Numbered from the stretch's first letter, positions 22,222-33,576 are shown. The stretch is DNA of 64,000 nucleotides from Escherichia coli (GCF_013122565.1 NZ_CP053258.1), one strand, 5' to 3'. Notes: a model not told the origin generated them from the sequence alone. Numbers and translations: made by a program.

Positions 22222-23273
22222 AATCCCAGCACCAGTTGTCTTTCCATTTGAGGGTCAAGCAACGTCACATGCAGCCCCACCAGTCGCACACCGCGCCCGC
22301 CGCGGCGTTCATCCCAGGTTTTACGCGCGGTGGCGATTAGATCAGCTTTATTCAGCCGCGGCCAGACGTGCTCCTGGGTGGTTTGCTGAAAATCGTCGAA
22401 CTTTAATTTCACCCCCTGGCGAGCAATCAGTAAATCAGGTTTTACCTTTGCCAGACGGCGTTCAAGTTCCGGATACAGCCGCTCGATAATCGCTTCACAT
22501 TCAGACCAGTGATGAATATCTTCCGCCATCGTGCGTTCCACGCCGACGGATTTTCGCAACCGTTCGCTGTTAACATCGCGTTCGTCAATCCCCTGACTAC
22601 GCTCCCACAAAATGCGGCCAAATTTGCCAAAACGTTTAAGCAACGTCACCAGATCACACTTTTGTACATCACCGCAGGTCCGCAGCCCCATCGCTTCCAG
22701 TTTTGCCGCCGAGACTTTGCCGACGCCGGGGATTTTTGCCAGTGGTAAGGTTTGTAAAAATGCCGGAACTTCTGCCGGCGTAATCACAAACTGGCCGTTG
22801 GGTTTATTCATGTCGGAGGCGATTTTGGCGAGAAACTTTACTGGTGCCACGCCCGCAGACGCCGTCAGTTGCAGCTCGCTGAAAATCGTCTGGCGGATTT
22901 CCTGGGCGATGAGGGTCGCAGAACCGTGGCAATGGACGCTATCGGTGACATCGAGATAAGCCTCATCCAGTGACAACGGTTCAATACGCGAGGTGTAACG
23001 CGAGAAGATTTCACGGATATGATTTGAGGCTTCTTTGTAGGCGTCAAAGCGCCCCGGAAGCAAGGTGAGATGTGGGCATAATTTGAGCGCCATCCCAGTA
23101 GGCATAGCGCTACGTACGCCAAATTTACGCGCGGGATAATTGGCGGTGCTGATCACCCCCCGACGTTCGCGGCTGCCGCCAATAGCAATAGGGATATCGC
23201 GCAGGGCGGGATTGTCGCGCATCTCCACTGCGGCGAAAAAGCAGTCCATATCCACATGAATGATTTTACGCAT
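22218..23273 (-). CDS. dinB: DNA polymerase IV (Y-family translesion polymerase)
   Basis: 351 aa, [34 protein letters not shown].... Confidence 0.95.
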   Translation of the reverse strand: MRKIIHVDMDCFFAAVEMRDNPALRDIPIAIGGSRERRGVISTANYPARKFGVRSAMPTGMALKLCPHLTLLPGRFDAYKEASNHIREIFSRYTSRIEPLSLDEAYLDVTDSVHCHGSATLIAQEIRQTIFSELQLTASAGVAPVKFLAKIASDMNKPNGQFVITPAEVPAFLQTLPLAKIPGVGKVSAAKLEAMGLRTCGDVQKCDLVTLLKRFGKFGRILWERSQGIDERDVNSERLRKSVGVERTMAEDIHHWSECEAIIERLYPELERRLAKVKPDLLIARQGVKLKFDDFQQTTQEHVWPRLNKADLIATARKTWDERRGGRGVRLVGLHVTLLDPQMERQLVLGL

Positions 23274-23289
23274 TGCTCACCTCTCAATA

Positions 23290-23305
23290 CTGGTAAAGTA
23301 TACAG
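23290..23305. promoter_or_regulatory. LexA (SOS) box in the dinB promoter
   Basis: CTGGTAAAGTATACAG (CTG-N10-CAG) about 17 bp upstream of the dinB start. Confidence 0.75.
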
Positions 23306-23343
23306 TGATTTCAGGGTTTGAGAAATGCGTAAAGATTCAGCAT

Positions 23344-23979
23344 TTAACGCGTTCGCTGCGAAAGCACCTGCTGCTTATCCAGCTTTTGCACCAGTGGCTG
23401 CACCACTTTATCCCCATGCTGACCAAAGTATTGATACAGCGTATCGGACGCACTTTTGGTCAGCACCATAATCTCAATACGCCGATTGCCCGCACTTTGC
23501 GGATTTTTCGCGTCCAGCAGCATCTGGTCCGCCATTGCGCTTACCTGCATCACTTTATCTTCCGGCATTCCTGCCTCTTCCAACACCCGACGAGCCGAAA
23601 GCGCGCGGTCACCCGAAAGGTTCCAGTTGTTGTAGATATTGTTTTTGTAAGCCATCGCATCGGTATGCCCGGTAATAATAATTTTGTTATCGAGCGAGTC
23701 GAACACTGGCGCGAGCTCCACCAGCAAAGTTTTAAAGAACGGCATAATCTGCGCGCTGCCGCGTTCGAACATATTGCGGTTCTGGTCGTCTTTAATCAGC
23801 ACGCGTAATCCCTGCGGGACAATCTCCATCTCCAGATTCGCTTCCATATGCGCATCACGGGCAATGGTGTTGATACTGGTTGCCAGCTCGCCAAGCTCGG
23901 TGGCGGATTTCTTCTTCAGCAGCGCCGTATTCTCGTTGACGTCGCGCGCTTTTTTCTCCGTCTCTTCCGGCACCGCCAC
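23344..23979 (-). pseudogene. lafU: lafU' remnant: MotB-like flagellar motor protein with OmpA-like C-terminal domain, 5'-truncated (Flag-2 deletion scar); upstream boundary approximate
   Basis: C-terminal OmpA/MotB peptidoglycan-binding domain (ITGHTDAMAYKNNIYNNWNLSGDRALSARRVLEEAGM...NRRIEIMVL); N-terminal part of the 296-aa ORF lacks a MotB-like TM segment. Confidence 0.65.
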
Positions 23980-24073
23980 GGTGGCAGGTTTTGGCGGATG
24001 AGACGGGCTGATTTTATTTAACGGCGACAACCCGCCACCATTGAAAATCGACTGCCCGTGCAGCGCGGCGATA

Positions 24074-25813
24074 ATGCTTTCACGCTCGGATTTACTGACG
24101 CTGTTGACAATCAACTTTATTGTCGTCACCAAAGGGGCCGAGCGTATTTCCGAGGTTTCCGCCCGCTTTACCCTGGACGCGATGCCCGGCAAACAGATGG
24201 CGATTGACGCCGACCTTAACGCCGGGTTGATCAACCAGGCGCAGGCGCAAACCCGGCGTAAAGATGTTGCCAGCGAGGCCGATTTCTACGGCGCGATGGA
24301 CGGGGCATCGAAGTTTGTGCGCGGGGACGCCATCGCCGGGATGATGATTCTGGCGATCAACCTGATCGGCGGCGTCTGTATCGGCATCTTCAAATACAAC
24401 CTGAGCGCCGACGCTGCCTTCCAGCAGTATGTGCTGATGACCATCGGCGACGGCCTGGTGGCGCAGATCCCTTCCCTGCTGCTCTCCACCGCGGCCGCGA
24501 TTATCGTCACCCGCGTCAGCGATAACGGCGATATCGCCCATGACGTGCGCCACCAGCTGCTGGCAAGCCCGTCGGTGCTCTACACCGCCACCGGGATCAT
24601 GTTCGTGCTGGCGGTGGTGCCGGGGATGCCGCATCTGCCGTTTTTGCTGTTCAGCGCCCTGCTTGGCTTTACCAGCTGGCGGATGAGCAAACGCCCGCAG
24701 GCGGCGGAGGCGGAAGAGAAAAGCCTCGAAACGCTGACCCGCACTATCACCGAAACCAGCGAGCAACAGGTCAGTTGGGAAACCATTCCACTGATCGAGC
24801 CCATCAGCTTAAGCCTTGGCTACAAGCTGGTGGCGCTGGTGGACAAAGCACAGGGTAACCCGCTCACCCAACGTATTCGCGGCGTGCGGCAGGTGATTTC
24901 TGACGGCAACGGCGTGCTGCTGCCGGAGATCCGCATTCGGGAAAACTTCCGCCTTAAGCCGAGCCAGTACGCCATTTTCATCAACGGCATTAAGGCTGAT
25001 GAAGCAGATATTCCGGCGGATAAACTGATGGCCCTGCCCTCCAGCGAAACCTACGGCGAGATTGACGGCGTGCTGGGGAACGACCCGGCGTACGGGATGC
25101 CGGTGACCTGGATCCAGCCCGCGCAGAAAGCGAAGGCGCTGAATATGGGGTATCAGGTAATCGACAGCGCCAGCGTGATTGCCACCCATGTGAACAAGAT
25201 TGTGCGCAGCTATATTCCTGATTTATTTAATTATGATGACATCACGCAGTTGCATAACCGTTTGTCGTCGATGGCACCGCGCCTGGCGGAGGATTTAAGC
25301 GCGGCGCTCAATTACAGCCAGTTGCTGAAAGTGTACCGGGCGCTGCTGACCGAAGGCGTTTCCCTGCGCGATATTGTCACCATCGCCACCGTGCTGGTCG
25401 CCAGTAGCACAGTGACCAAAGATCATATTCTGCTGGCGGCCGATGTGCGCCTGGCGCTGCGGCGCAGCATTACCCATTCGTTCGTTCGCAAGCAGGAGCT
25501 GGCGGTGTATACGCTGAATAATGAGCTGGAAAATCTGCTGACCAACGTGGTGAATCAGGCGCAACAGGGCGGCAAAGTGATGCTCGACAGCGTGCCGGTG
25601 GACCCGAATATGCTCAACCAGTTCCAGAGTACGATGCCGCAGGTAAAAGAGCAGATGAAAGCGGCGGGGAAAGACCCGGTGCTGCTGGTGCCGCCGCAGT
25701 TGCGCCCTTTGCTGGCGCGCTACGCAAGGTTGTTTGCGCCGGGGCTGCATGTGCTGTCGTATAACGAAGTGCCGGATGAGCTTGAGTTGAAGATTATGGG
25801 GGCGTTGAGTTGA
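24074..25813 (+). pseudogene. lfhA: lfhA' remnant: FlhA-like flagellar export protein lacking about 120 N-terminal residues (Flag-2 deletion scar)
   Basis: Homology to FlhA begins mid-protein (IVVTKGAERISEVSARFTLDAMPGKQMAIDADLNAGLI...); divergently oriented and overlapping the lafU' ORF. Confidence 0.7.
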
Positions 25814-25849
25814 TGGCTTTTAAGAAACGCAATACGATGACATCAATTT

Positions 25850-26248
25850 ATGACGTCAGGGATTGATAAGATGATGAAAACGCGTTCATTAATATCTCAA
25901 GCATCGAACATTATCACAATTAAAGGTCAACCAGCCGCAGTGACATTTGAAGCCGATATCAACGCATTTCGCGGCAAGTTCCTCAATGTAAACGGTTATT
26001 GTGACTTTGTAGCCACAAGTATTGAGGCATTATATCGTGAAGGCGAAAGCGCGCTGGATGAGTGGATGGCGGATTGTGAAGAGGACGGTATTGCCCCTTT
26101 TCGTGAAGAAGAAGAGCAAAAACGCCTGACGCTTCGTGTTCCTCATCACATTGATTCGCGGCTGACCATCGTCGCCAGACAACATTCCATTTCAAAAAAC
26201 CAGCTCATTATTGATGTCTTAGAACGTGAGTTTTCAGCCCAGATGTAA
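25850..26248 (+). CDS. HicB-like antitoxin-type protein with C-terminal ribbon-helix-helix DNA-binding domain (orphan; no hicA seen)
   Basis: 132 aa; N-terminal HicB-like segment (AAVTFEADINAFRGKFLNVNGYCDFVATSIEALYREGESALDEWMADCEEDGIAPF), C-terminal RHH-like KRLTLRVPHHIDSRLTIVARQHSISKNQLIIDVLEREF. Confidence 0.45.
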   Translation: MTSGIDKMMKTRSLISQASNIITIKGQPAAVTFEADINAFRGKFLNVNGYCDFVATSIEALYREGESALDEWMADCEEDGIAPFREEEEQKRLTLRVPHHIDSRLTIVARQHSISKNQLIIDVLEREFSAQM

Positions 26249-26250
26249 AC

Positions 26251-26282
26251 AGGTCGGATGCCGCGTGGCATCCGACCTTTTG
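26251..26282. terminator. Rho-independent terminator / REP-like hairpin between the HicB-like gene and yafL
   Basis: AGGTCGGATGCC-gcgt-GGCATCCGACCT followed by TTTT. Confidence 0.6.
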
Positions 26283-26304
26283 CCAGTTCGTCAATATTAC
26301 CCAT

Positions 26305-27054
26305 TTACAAAATCGTCTCTTCCGTCAAAATCCGCCGCGCGCCTAAAAAATGATCCTGCCAGAAAGGTTCAGCTAATCGGCTTATCCGAATGGTTTCGCC
26401 GGTACGTGGTGACTCGATAAACTGACCGTCTCCCAGATACACCCCCATATGATCGGCTATCTCGCGGCTGTGAATATGGAAAAACAGCAAATCTCCCCGG
26501 CGCAGGTCGTTATTCGCCACAATCGTTGCCCGACGGTAGTGATACATCTCATTAGCCGTGCGCGGGAGTTTCGCCTCGAGGATCTTGTTGTAGGCATAAA
26601 AAACCAACCCGCTACAGTCGAAGCCTTGATCGGGCCGTGTGCCGCCCCAGACGTAAGGCTTGCCAAGCTGCTGCTCCAGGCGGTGGATCGCCACTTCGGT
26701 GATGTTATGCAGGTGATCGCTGCTTAAAAAGTGGTTGTTTTCCGCCAGCGCCTGCCAGCGTCTGTCACTCGCCTTGAGCGGTGCAGGAAACCATTCTGGA
26801 TGCTGTTTTATCTGCTCCCGGTTGTGCTGGCGCAGCGCCCTTCTGCTTTCGGCATTGCCTTCCACAATATAGCTGGCCTGTTTTTTCAGATGGGTTTGGT
26901 ACTGTTTTAATAACCGCGCACGGTTTTGCATCCGCTGGCGGGCGGCGTAGCTGAAAGAGATGTGTGATGTGGTGGCGCTGGCAAATGAAGAAAACGGCAA
27001 GCAAAGCAACAGTAATCCCGACAACACAAAGGATGGAATCGACGGCAAGGACAT
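26305..27054 (-). CDS. yafL: NlpC/P60-family peptidoglycan endopeptidase lipoprotein YafL
   Basis: 249 aa from MSLPSIPSFVLSGLLLLCLPF...; NlpC/P60 motifs (GFDCSGLVFYAY, H...GVYLGDGQFIESP). Confidence 0.9.
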   Translation of the reverse strand: MSLPSIPSFVLSGLLLLCLPFSSFASATTSHISFSYAARQRMQNRARLLKQYQTHLKKQASYIVEGNAESRRALRQHNREQIKQHPEWFPAPLKASDRRWQALAENNHFLSSDHLHNITEVAIHRLEQQLGKPYVWGGTRPDQGFDCSGLVFYAYNKILEAKLPRTANEMYHYRRATIVANNDLRRGDLLFFHIHSREIADHMGVYLGDGQFIESPRTGETIRISRLAEPFWQDHFLGARRILTEETIL

Positions 27055-27231
27055 ACTCAATAATGGCTGGTCATGCTTTAATGTTGCAGTGTATCCCGGA
27101 TCGTTTCTGAACAAACTTAATAAACCATTATTATAAAATTAACAGATATATTTCAGTGGATTATGTAAATACATCAGTTTATTAAATTGCTCATGAATTG
27201 CCGCTGTTGCTCAATTGAGCTACAATTCAAG

Positions 27232-27247
27232 CTGAATATATATACAG
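27232..27247. promoter_or_regulatory. LexA (SOS) box upstream of dinJ-yafQ
   Basis: CTGAATATATATACAG, a near-consensus CTG-N10-CAG box about 17 bp upstream of the dinJ ATG. Confidence 0.8.
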
Positions 27248-27263
27248 CACAGGAGATACCCCA

Positions 27264-27524
27264 ATGGCTGCTAACGCATTTGTTCGCGCCCGAATCGATG
27301 AGGATTTGAAGAATCAGGCGGCGGACGTACTGGCCGGGATGGGGCTGACCATCTCTGACCTGGTTCGCATAACCCTCACAAAGGTCGCGCGTGAAAAGGC
27401 ATTGCCGTTTGATTTACGCGAGCCTAATCAATTAACTATTCAATCAATCAAAAACAGCGAAGCTGGCGTTGGTGTTCATAAGGCCAAAGACGCCGATGAT
27501 TTATTTGATAAATTAGGAATTTAA
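27264..27524 (+). CDS. dinJ: Antitoxin DinJ (RHH family)
   Basis: 86 aa, MAANAFVRARIDEDLKNQAADVLAGMGLTISDLVRITL.... Confidence 0.95.
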   Translation: MAANAFVRARIDEDLKNQAADVLAGMGLTISDLVRITLTKVAREKALPFDLREPNQLTIQSIKNSEAGVGVHKAKDADDLFDKLGI

Positions 27525-27526
27525 AT

Positions 27527-27805
27527 ATGATTCAAAGGGATATTGAATACTCGGGACAATTTTCAAAGGATGTAAAACTTGCACAAAAGCGTCATAAGGA
27601 TATGAATAAATTGAAATATCTTATGACGCTTCTTATCAATAATACTTTACCGCTTCCAGCTGTTTATAAAGACCACCCGCTGCAAGGTTCATGGAAAGGT
27701 TATCGCGATGCTCATGTCGAACCGGACTGGATCCTGATTTACAAACTTACCGATAAACTTTTACGATTTGAGAGAACTGGAACTCACGCGGCGCTCTTTG
27801 GGTAA
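27527..27805 (+). CDS. yafQ: Toxin YafQ (RelE-family ribosome-dependent mRNA interferase)
   Basis: 92 aa, MIQRDIEYSGQFSKDVKLAQKRHKDMNKLKYLM...; 2-nt spacing after dinJ. Confidence 0.95.
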   Translation: MIQRDIEYSGQFSKDVKLAQKRHKDMNKLKYLMTLLINNTLPLPAVYKDHPLQGSWKGYRDAHVEPDWILIYKLTDKLLRFERTGTHAALFG

Positions 27806-27960
27806 AGCCCGCTTCCGATGAAATTTGTAAACCCTGCGCCGACAGGCTTGCGTAAAACTCTTTTGGTGATAATGTGAGCCTTCCAAATCCAGACTATTCC
27901 GATTTGGGATCTATTTTGCCGTCCTGGCGTGTGTAACCGTTTTATCAAGGAATAAGCAGT

Positions 27961-28701
27961 ATGCGTAAAATCGCATTAATTCTTGCGATGTTGTTGATCC
28001 CGTGCGTTTCGTTTGCCGGTTTGCTGGGCAGCAGTAGCTCGACCACGCCAGTGAGCAAAGAGTATAAGCAGCAGTTGATGGGATCCCCTGTCTACATCCA
28101 GATCTTCAAGGAAGAACGTACGCTCGATCTCTACGTCAAAATGGGCGAGCAATATCAACTGCTCGACAGCTATAAAATCTGTAAATATTCCGGCGGCTTA
28201 GGGCCAAAACAGCGTCAGGGCGATTTCAAAAGCCCGGAAGGGTTTTATAGCGTCCAGCGTAATCAGTTAAAACCAGACAGCCGTTACTACAAAGCGATTA
28301 ATATTGGTTTCCCCAATGCCTATGACCGTGCGCATGGTTATGAAGGGAAATACCTGATGATCCACGGCGATTGTGTTTCCATCGGCTGCTACGCGATGAC
28401 CAATCAGGGTATTGATGAGATCTTCCAGTTCGTTACTGGTGCGCTGGTGTTTGGTCAGTCAAGTGTGCAGGTGAGTATTTACCCGTTCCGCATGACCGAC
28501 GCCAACATGCAGCGCCATAAATATTCCAACTTTAAGGACTTCTGGGAGCAACTGAAGCCGGGTTATGACTACTTTGAGCAAACCCGTAAGCCACCGACCG
28601 TTTCTGTGGTCAATGGTCGTTACGTGGTCAGCAAGCCGTTAAGCCACGAAGTTGTGCAGCCACAACTGGCATCAAACTACACGCTCCCCGAGGCAAAATA
28701 A
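27961..28701 (+). CDS. yafK: L,D-transpeptidase-like periplasmic protein YafK
   Basis: 246 aa with signal peptide; YkuD-like domain ([21 protein letters not shown]). Confidence 0.9.
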   Translation: MRKIALILAMLLIPCVSFAGLLGSSSSTTPVSKEYKQQLMGSPVYIQIFKEERTLDLYVKMGEQYQLLDSYKICKYSGGLGPKQRQGDFKSPEGFYSVQRNQLKPDSRYYKAINIGFPNAYDRAHGYEGKYLMIHGDCVSIGCYAMTNQGIDEIFQFVTGALVFGQSSVQVSIYPFRMTDANMQRHKYSNFKDFWEQLKPGYDYFEQTRKPPTVSVVNGRYVVSKPLSHEVVQPQLASNYTLPEAK

Positions 28702-29439
28702 GCGCCATTCGCCTGGCATAATCTTTTGCCAGGTTTCATTGCCCGTCAGCGGCTGTGTCGCAATCACCGTGACCACATCATTCGGTGTGGTCTGCGAGCT
28801 GAAGTCGATTTCCACATCCTGATCCAGCAACGTTGCCACGCCAAACGGTGCGCGGCGGGTGATCCAGTGCAGATTGGTCGAGCAATACGCCATTACATAG
28901 CGCCCATCCGAAAGCAGCATGTTGAAAACGCCCTTCTGCCGCAGTTCGTCCGCCAGTGAAGCGATATATTTAAACACTGCTGCCATGTTGCCCGGCGTGC
29001 GCGGGTAACGCTGCGTTAATTTATGCAGCAGCCAGCAGAAGGCTTTTTCGCTGTCGGTTTCACCGACCGGGCGGAAGTTGCCGGTTTCCAGTGATTTGTA
29101 GCCCGTCAGTTGTCCGTTATGGGCATAAGTCCAGTTACGCCCCCATAACTCGCGGGTAAATGGGTGAGTATTTTCCAGCGCCACCTCGCCCCGATTAGCC
29201 TGGCGAATATGAGCCACCACCGAACAGGATTTTATCGGGTAGTCCTGGACAAGTTTGGCGATGGGGGAATTAAAGCTGGGTTGTGGATCTTTAAATGTGC
29301 GACAGCCTTTACCTTCGTAAAAGGTAATGCCCCAGCCATCTTTATGTGGCCCGGTTCCACCACCACGCTGTACAAGTCCGGTGAAACTAAAGCAGATATC
29401 GGTAGGGACGTTGGCGCTCATCCCGAGCAATTCGCACAT
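28672..29439 (-). CDS. yafJ: Class II glutamine amidotransferase-like protein YafJ
   Basis: 255 aa starting [19 protein letters not shown] (N-terminal Cys nucleophile); 3' ends of yafK and yafJ overlap convergently by 30 nt. Confidence 0.9.
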   Translation of the reverse strand: MCELLGMSANVPTDICFSFTGLVQRGGGTGPHKDGWGITFYEGKGCRTFKDPQPSFNSPIAKLVQDYPIKSCSVVAHIRQANRGEVALENTHPFTRELWGRNWTYAHNGQLTGYKSLETGNFRPVGETDSEKAFCWLLHKLTQRYPRTPGNMAAVFKYIASLADELRQKGVFNMLLSDGRYVMAYCSTNLHWITRRAPFGVATLLDQDVEIDFSSQTTPNDVVTVIATQPLTGNETWQKIMPGEWRLFCLGERVV

Positions 29440-29501
29440 GGGTAACCTCCACAACAGCGGGAGCGCATGGCCCCCGGCGAAGATTGATTTAAGAATTTTC
29501 A

Positions 29502-29637
29502 GGTCGGATGCGGCGTGAACGCATTATTCGGCCTTCGGTTCGCGTACAGATTTGTAGGCATGATAAGACGCGTCAGCGTCGCATCAGGCATCAGCGCACA
29601 AATGCTGGATGCGGCGTAAACGCCTTATCCGGCCTAC
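29502..29637. repeat. REP/BIME cluster (repetitive extragenic palindromes) between yafJ and gmhA
   Basis: Three REP-like units: GGTCGGATGCGGCGTGAACGC..., inverted CGTCAGCGTCGCATCAGGCA, and GCTGGATGCGGCGTAAACGCCTTATCCGGCCTAC. Confidence 0.8.
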
Positions 29638-29644
29638 GCCAGAC

Positions 29645-30223
29645 TTACTTAACCATCTCTTTTTCAATTAACTGGATCAGGATATGGATCACTTTAATGT
29701 GGATCTCCTGAATGCGGTCGGCATAACCAAAGTGCGGAACGCGAATTTCGATATCCGCCGTGCCAGCCATTTTGCCGCCGTCTTTACCGGTCAGGGTGAT
29801 CACTTTCATCCCCTTCTCACGCGCCGCTGCGATCGCTTTGATCACGTTTGCAGAGTTACCGGAAGTGGAGATCCCCAGCAGTACATCGCCTTCGCGACCT
29901 ACCGCTTCAACGTAACGGGAGAAAATATCATTGAAACCGAAATCATTACCGACGCAGGAAATATGACTAACGTCAGAAATAGCAATCGCCGGGTAGCCCG
30001 GACGGTTTTCACGGTAGCGACCGGTCAACTCTTCGGCAAAGTGCATGGCGTCGCAATGGGAGCCGCCGTTGCCGCAGGAAAGCACTTTACCACCGGCTTT
30101 AAAGCTGTCTGCTAACAGGACCGCCGCGCGCTGAATGGCGTGAATATTGGCGTCATCTTTTAAAAAGTTAGCCAGCGTTTCCGCCGCTTCGTTCAGTTCG
30201 TTACGAATAAGATCCTGGTACAT
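29645..30223 (-). CDS. gmhA: Phosphoheptose (sedoheptulose-7-phosphate) isomerase
   Basis: 192 aa from [21 protein letters not shown]...; SIS domain. ORF-track start is an upstream extension. Confidence 0.95.
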
Positions 30224-30462
30224 GAGGATATCCTTCAGCATAAATGTAATAGACAAAATGCAGTGTACCGGATACCGCCAAAAGCGAGAAGTACGGGCAG
30301 GTGCTATGACCAGGACTTTTTGACCTGAAGTGCGGATAAAAACAGCAACAATGTGAGCTTTGTTGTAATTATATTGTAAACACATTGCTAAATGTTTTTA
30401 CATCCACTACAACCATATCATCACAAGTGGTCAGACCTCCTACAAGTAAGGGGCTTTTCGTT

Positions 30463-32907
30463 ATGATGATTTTGAGTATTCTCGCTACGGTTGTCCTGCT
30501 CGGCGCGTTGTTCTATCACCGCGTGAGCTTATTTATCAGCAGTCTGATTTTGCTCGCCTGGACAGCCGCCCTCGGCGTTGCTGGTCTGTGGTCGGCGTGG
30601 GTACTGGTGCCTCTGGCCATTATCCTCGTGCCATTTAACTTTGCGCCTATGCGTAAGTCGATGATTTCCGCGCCGGTATTTCGCGGTTTCCGTAAGGTGA
30701 TGCCGCCGATGTCGCGCACTGAGAAAGAAGCGATTGATGCGGGCACCACCTGGTGGGAGGGCGACTTGTTCCAGGGCAAGCCGGACTGGAAAAAGCTGCA
30801 TAACTATCCGCAGCCGCGCCTGACGGCTGAAGAGCAAGCGTTTCTCGACGGCCCGGTAGAAGAAGCCTGCCGGATGGCGAATGATTTCCAGATCACCCAT
30901 GAACTGGCGGATCTGCCGCCAGAGTTGTGGGCGTACCTTAAAGAGCATCGCTTCTTCGCGATGATCATCAAAAAAGAGTACGGCGGACTGGAGTTCTCGG
31001 CTTATGCCCAGTCTCGTGTGCTGCAAAAACTCTCCGGCGTGAGCGGGATCCTGGCGATTACCGTCGGCGTGCCGAACTCATTAGGCCCGGGCGAGCTACT
31101 GCAACATTACGGCACTGATGAGCAGAAAAATCACTATCTGCCGCGTCTGGCGCGTGGTCAGGAGATCCCTTGCTTTGCACTGACCAGCCCGGAAGCGGGT
31201 TCCGATGCGGGCGCGATTCCGGACAACGGGATTGTCTGCATGGGTGAATGGCAGGGCCAGCAGGTGCTGGGGATGCGTCTGACCTGGAACAAACGCTACA
31301 TTACGCTGGCACCGATTGCGACTGTGCTTGGGCTGGCGTTTAAACTCTCCGACCCGGAAAAATTGCTGGGTGGTGCAGAAGATTTAGGTATTACCTGTGC
31401 GCTGATCCCGACCACCACGCCGGGCGTGGAAATTGGTCGTCGCCACTTCCCGCTGAATGTGCCGTTCCAGAACGGACCGACGCGCGGTAAAGATGTCTTC
31501 GTACCGATCGACTACATTATCGGCGGGCCGAAAATGGCCGGGCAAGGCTGGCGGATGCTGGTGGAGTGCCTCTCGGTGGGCCGCGGCATCACCCTGCCTT
31601 CCAACTCAACCGGCGGCGTGAAATCGGTAGCGCTGGCAACCGGCGCGTATGCGCACATTCGCCGTCAGTTCAAAATCTCTATTGGTAAGATGGAAGGGAT
31701 TGAAGAACCGCTGGCGCGTATTGCCGGTAATGCCTATGTGATGGATGCTGCGGCGTCGCTGATTACCTACGGCATTATGCTCGGCGAAAAACCTGCCGTG
31801 CTGTCGGCTATCGTTAAGTATCACTGTACCCACCGCGGGCAGCAGTCGATTATTGATGCGATGGATATCACTGGTGGTAAAGGCATTATGCTCGGGCAAA
31901 GCAACTTCCTGGCCCGTGCTTACCAGGGCGCACCGATTGCCATCACCGTTGAAGGGGCTAACATTCTGACCCGCAGCATGATGATCTTCGGCCAGGGGGC
32001 GATTCGTTGCCATCCGTACGTGCTGGAAGAGATGGAAGCGGCGAAGAACAATGACGTCAACGCGTTCGATAAACTGTTGTTCAAACATATCGGTCACGTC
32101 GGTAGCAACAAAGTTCGCAGCTTCTGGCTGGGCCTGACGCGCGGTTTAACCAGCAGCACGCCAACCGGCGATGCCACTAAACGCTACTATCAGCACCTGA
32201 ACCGCCTGAGCGCCAACCTCGCCCTGCTTTCTGATGTCTCGATGGCAGTGCTGGGCGGCAGCCTGAAACGTCGTGAGCGTATCTCGGCACGTCTGGGTGA
32301 TATTTTAAGCCAGCTTTACCTCGCCTCTGCCGTTCTGAAGCGTTATGACGACGAAGGCCGTAATGAAGCCGATCTGCCGCTGGTGCACTGGGGCGTACAG
32401 GATGCGCTGTATCAGGCAGAACAGGCGATGGACGATTTACTGCAAAACTTCCCGAACCGCGTGGTTGCCGGGCTGCTGAATGTGGTGATCTTCCCGACCG
32501 GACGTCATTATCTGGCACCGTCTGACAAGCTGGATCATAAAGTGGCGAAGATTTTACAAGTGCCGAATGCCACCCGTTCACGTATTGGTCGCGGTCAGTA
32601 CCTGACGCCAAGCGAGCATAACCCGGTTGGTTTACTGGAAGAGGCGCTGGTGGATGTAATTGCCGCCGACCCAATTCATCAGCGGATCTGTAAAGAGCTG
32701 GGTAAAAACCTGCCGTTTACCCGTCTGGATGAACTGGCGCACAACGCGCTGGCGAAGGGGCTGATTGATAAAGATGAAGCCGCTATTCTGGTGAAAGCTG
32801 AAGAAAGCCGTCTGCGCAGTATTAACGTTGATGACTTTGATCCGGAAGAGCTGGCGACGAAGCCGGTAAAGTTGCCGGAGAAAGTGCGGAAAGTTGAAGC
32901 CGCGTAA
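30463..32907 (+). CDS. fadE: Acyl-CoA dehydrogenase FadE
   Basis: 814 aa from [24 protein letters not shown]...; N-terminal membrane segment and ACAD domains. Confidence 0.95.
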   Translation: MMILSILATVVLLGALFYHRVSLFISSLILLAWTAALGVAGLWSAWVLVPLAIILVPFNFAPMRKSMISAPVFRGFRKVMPPMSRTEKEAIDAGTTWWEGDLFQGKPDWKKLHNYPQPRLTAEEQAFLDGPVEEACRMANDFQITHELADLPPELWAYLKEHRFFAMIIKKEYGGLEFSAYAQSRVLQKLSGVSGILAITVGVPNSLGPGELLQHYGTDEQKNHYLPRLARGQEIPCFALTSPEAGSDAGAIPDNGIVCMGEWQGQQVLGMRLTWNKRYITLAPIATVLGLAFKLSDPEKLLGGAEDLGITCALIPTTTPGVEIGRRHFPLNVPFQNGPTRGKDVFVPIDYIIGGPKMAGQGWRMLVECLSVGRGITLPSNSTGGVKSVALATGAYAHIRRQFKISIGKMEGIEEPLARIAGNAYVMDAAASLITYGIMLGEKPAVLSAIVKYHCTHRGQQSIIDAMDITGGKGIMLGQSNFLARAYQGAPIAITVEGANILTRSMMIFGQGAIRCHPYVLEEMEAAKNNDVNAFDKLLFKHIGHVGSNKVRSFWLGLTRGLTSSTPTGDATKRYYQHLNRLSANLALLSDVSMAVLGGSLKRRERISARLGDILSQLYLASAVLKRYDDEGRNEADLPLVHWGVQDALYQAEQAMDDLLQNFPNRVVAGLLNVVIFPTGRHYLAPSDKLDHKVAKILQVPNATRSRIGRGQYLTPSEHNPVGLLEEALVDVIAADPIHQRICKELGKNLPFTRLDELAHNALAKGLIDKDEAAILVKAEESRLRSINVDDFDPEELATKPVKLPEKVRKVEAA

Positions 32908-32913
32908 TTGAAT

Positions 32914-32940
32914 AACGGAGCCGAAAGGCTCCGTTTCTTT
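32914..32940. terminator. Bidirectional Rho-independent terminator between fadE and ivy
   Basis: AACGGAGCC-gaaa-GGCTCCGTT followed by TCTTT. Confidence 0.65.
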
Positions 32941-32949
32941 ATCGGCTAA

Positions 32950-33423
32950 TTATTTAAAATTAAAGCCATCCGGATGGTTTTCCAGGCTGCCGGTCAACGC
33001 CGCGAACAGCACCGTTTTACCATCAATCGAAAGCGCATCGTTCACATTCAACCAGGTGAGTTTCTCTTGCGACGTTTTCTCATCAATAGTCGAGAACAGC
33101 CCCGTCATCTGATTAGATTTCTCGGACCACATCACAGCGATACGTTGCGAGCCACAGTCATGCGGTTTGCACGCGCTCATCACCTGATACGTCTCATCTC
33201 CCAACGTTACGGTTTGTGCGGGAGTATAAGTACCGCCTTTCATCACCCAGGCAGGCAGCTTATGCCCTTGCACCATCTGATTAAACGCAGCTTTGGTGGT
33301 TTCGCCCTTTGCAAGGCTGCTAATGGTTAAATCATCCTGCGCCATTGCACTGGTGGCGATGACCAGAGCGGCGACTGTCGTTATTGCCTTAAACATCATT
33401 CCTCCCGGGCTTATCCTGCCCAT
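32950..33423 (-). CDS. ivy: Periplasmic inhibitor of vertebrate C-type lysozyme
   Basis: 157 aa with signal peptide; SACKPHDCGSQRIAV... Ivy loop motif region. Confidence 0.9.
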   Translation of the reverse strand: MGRISPGGMMFKAITTVAALVIATSAMAQDDLTISSLAKGETTKAAFNQMVQGHKLPAWVMKGGTYTPAQTVTLGDETYQVMSACKPHDCGSQRIAVMWSEKSNQMTGLFSTIDEKTSQEKLTWLNVNDALSIDGKTVLFAALTGSLENHPDGFNFK

Positions 33424-33576
33424 GTTATTAACCTCCTAAAGCCTGGCGATAACACGATAATTTGCAAATCAGATATTTCCAATATCAGCATTTGTTATCA
33501 ATTTATTCTGCGCTAAGGCAACTGCCTGATAAGGTGTTAAAGTTATAAAACCCTTCGCATAAAGGAGTTGTACACC

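Noticed and set aside
24092-25750. Minus-strand ORFs 24092..24766 (224 aa) and 25295..25750 (151 aa) inside lfhA'
   Set aside because: Arg/His/Gln-rich low-complexity antisense translations of the FlhA-like coding region.
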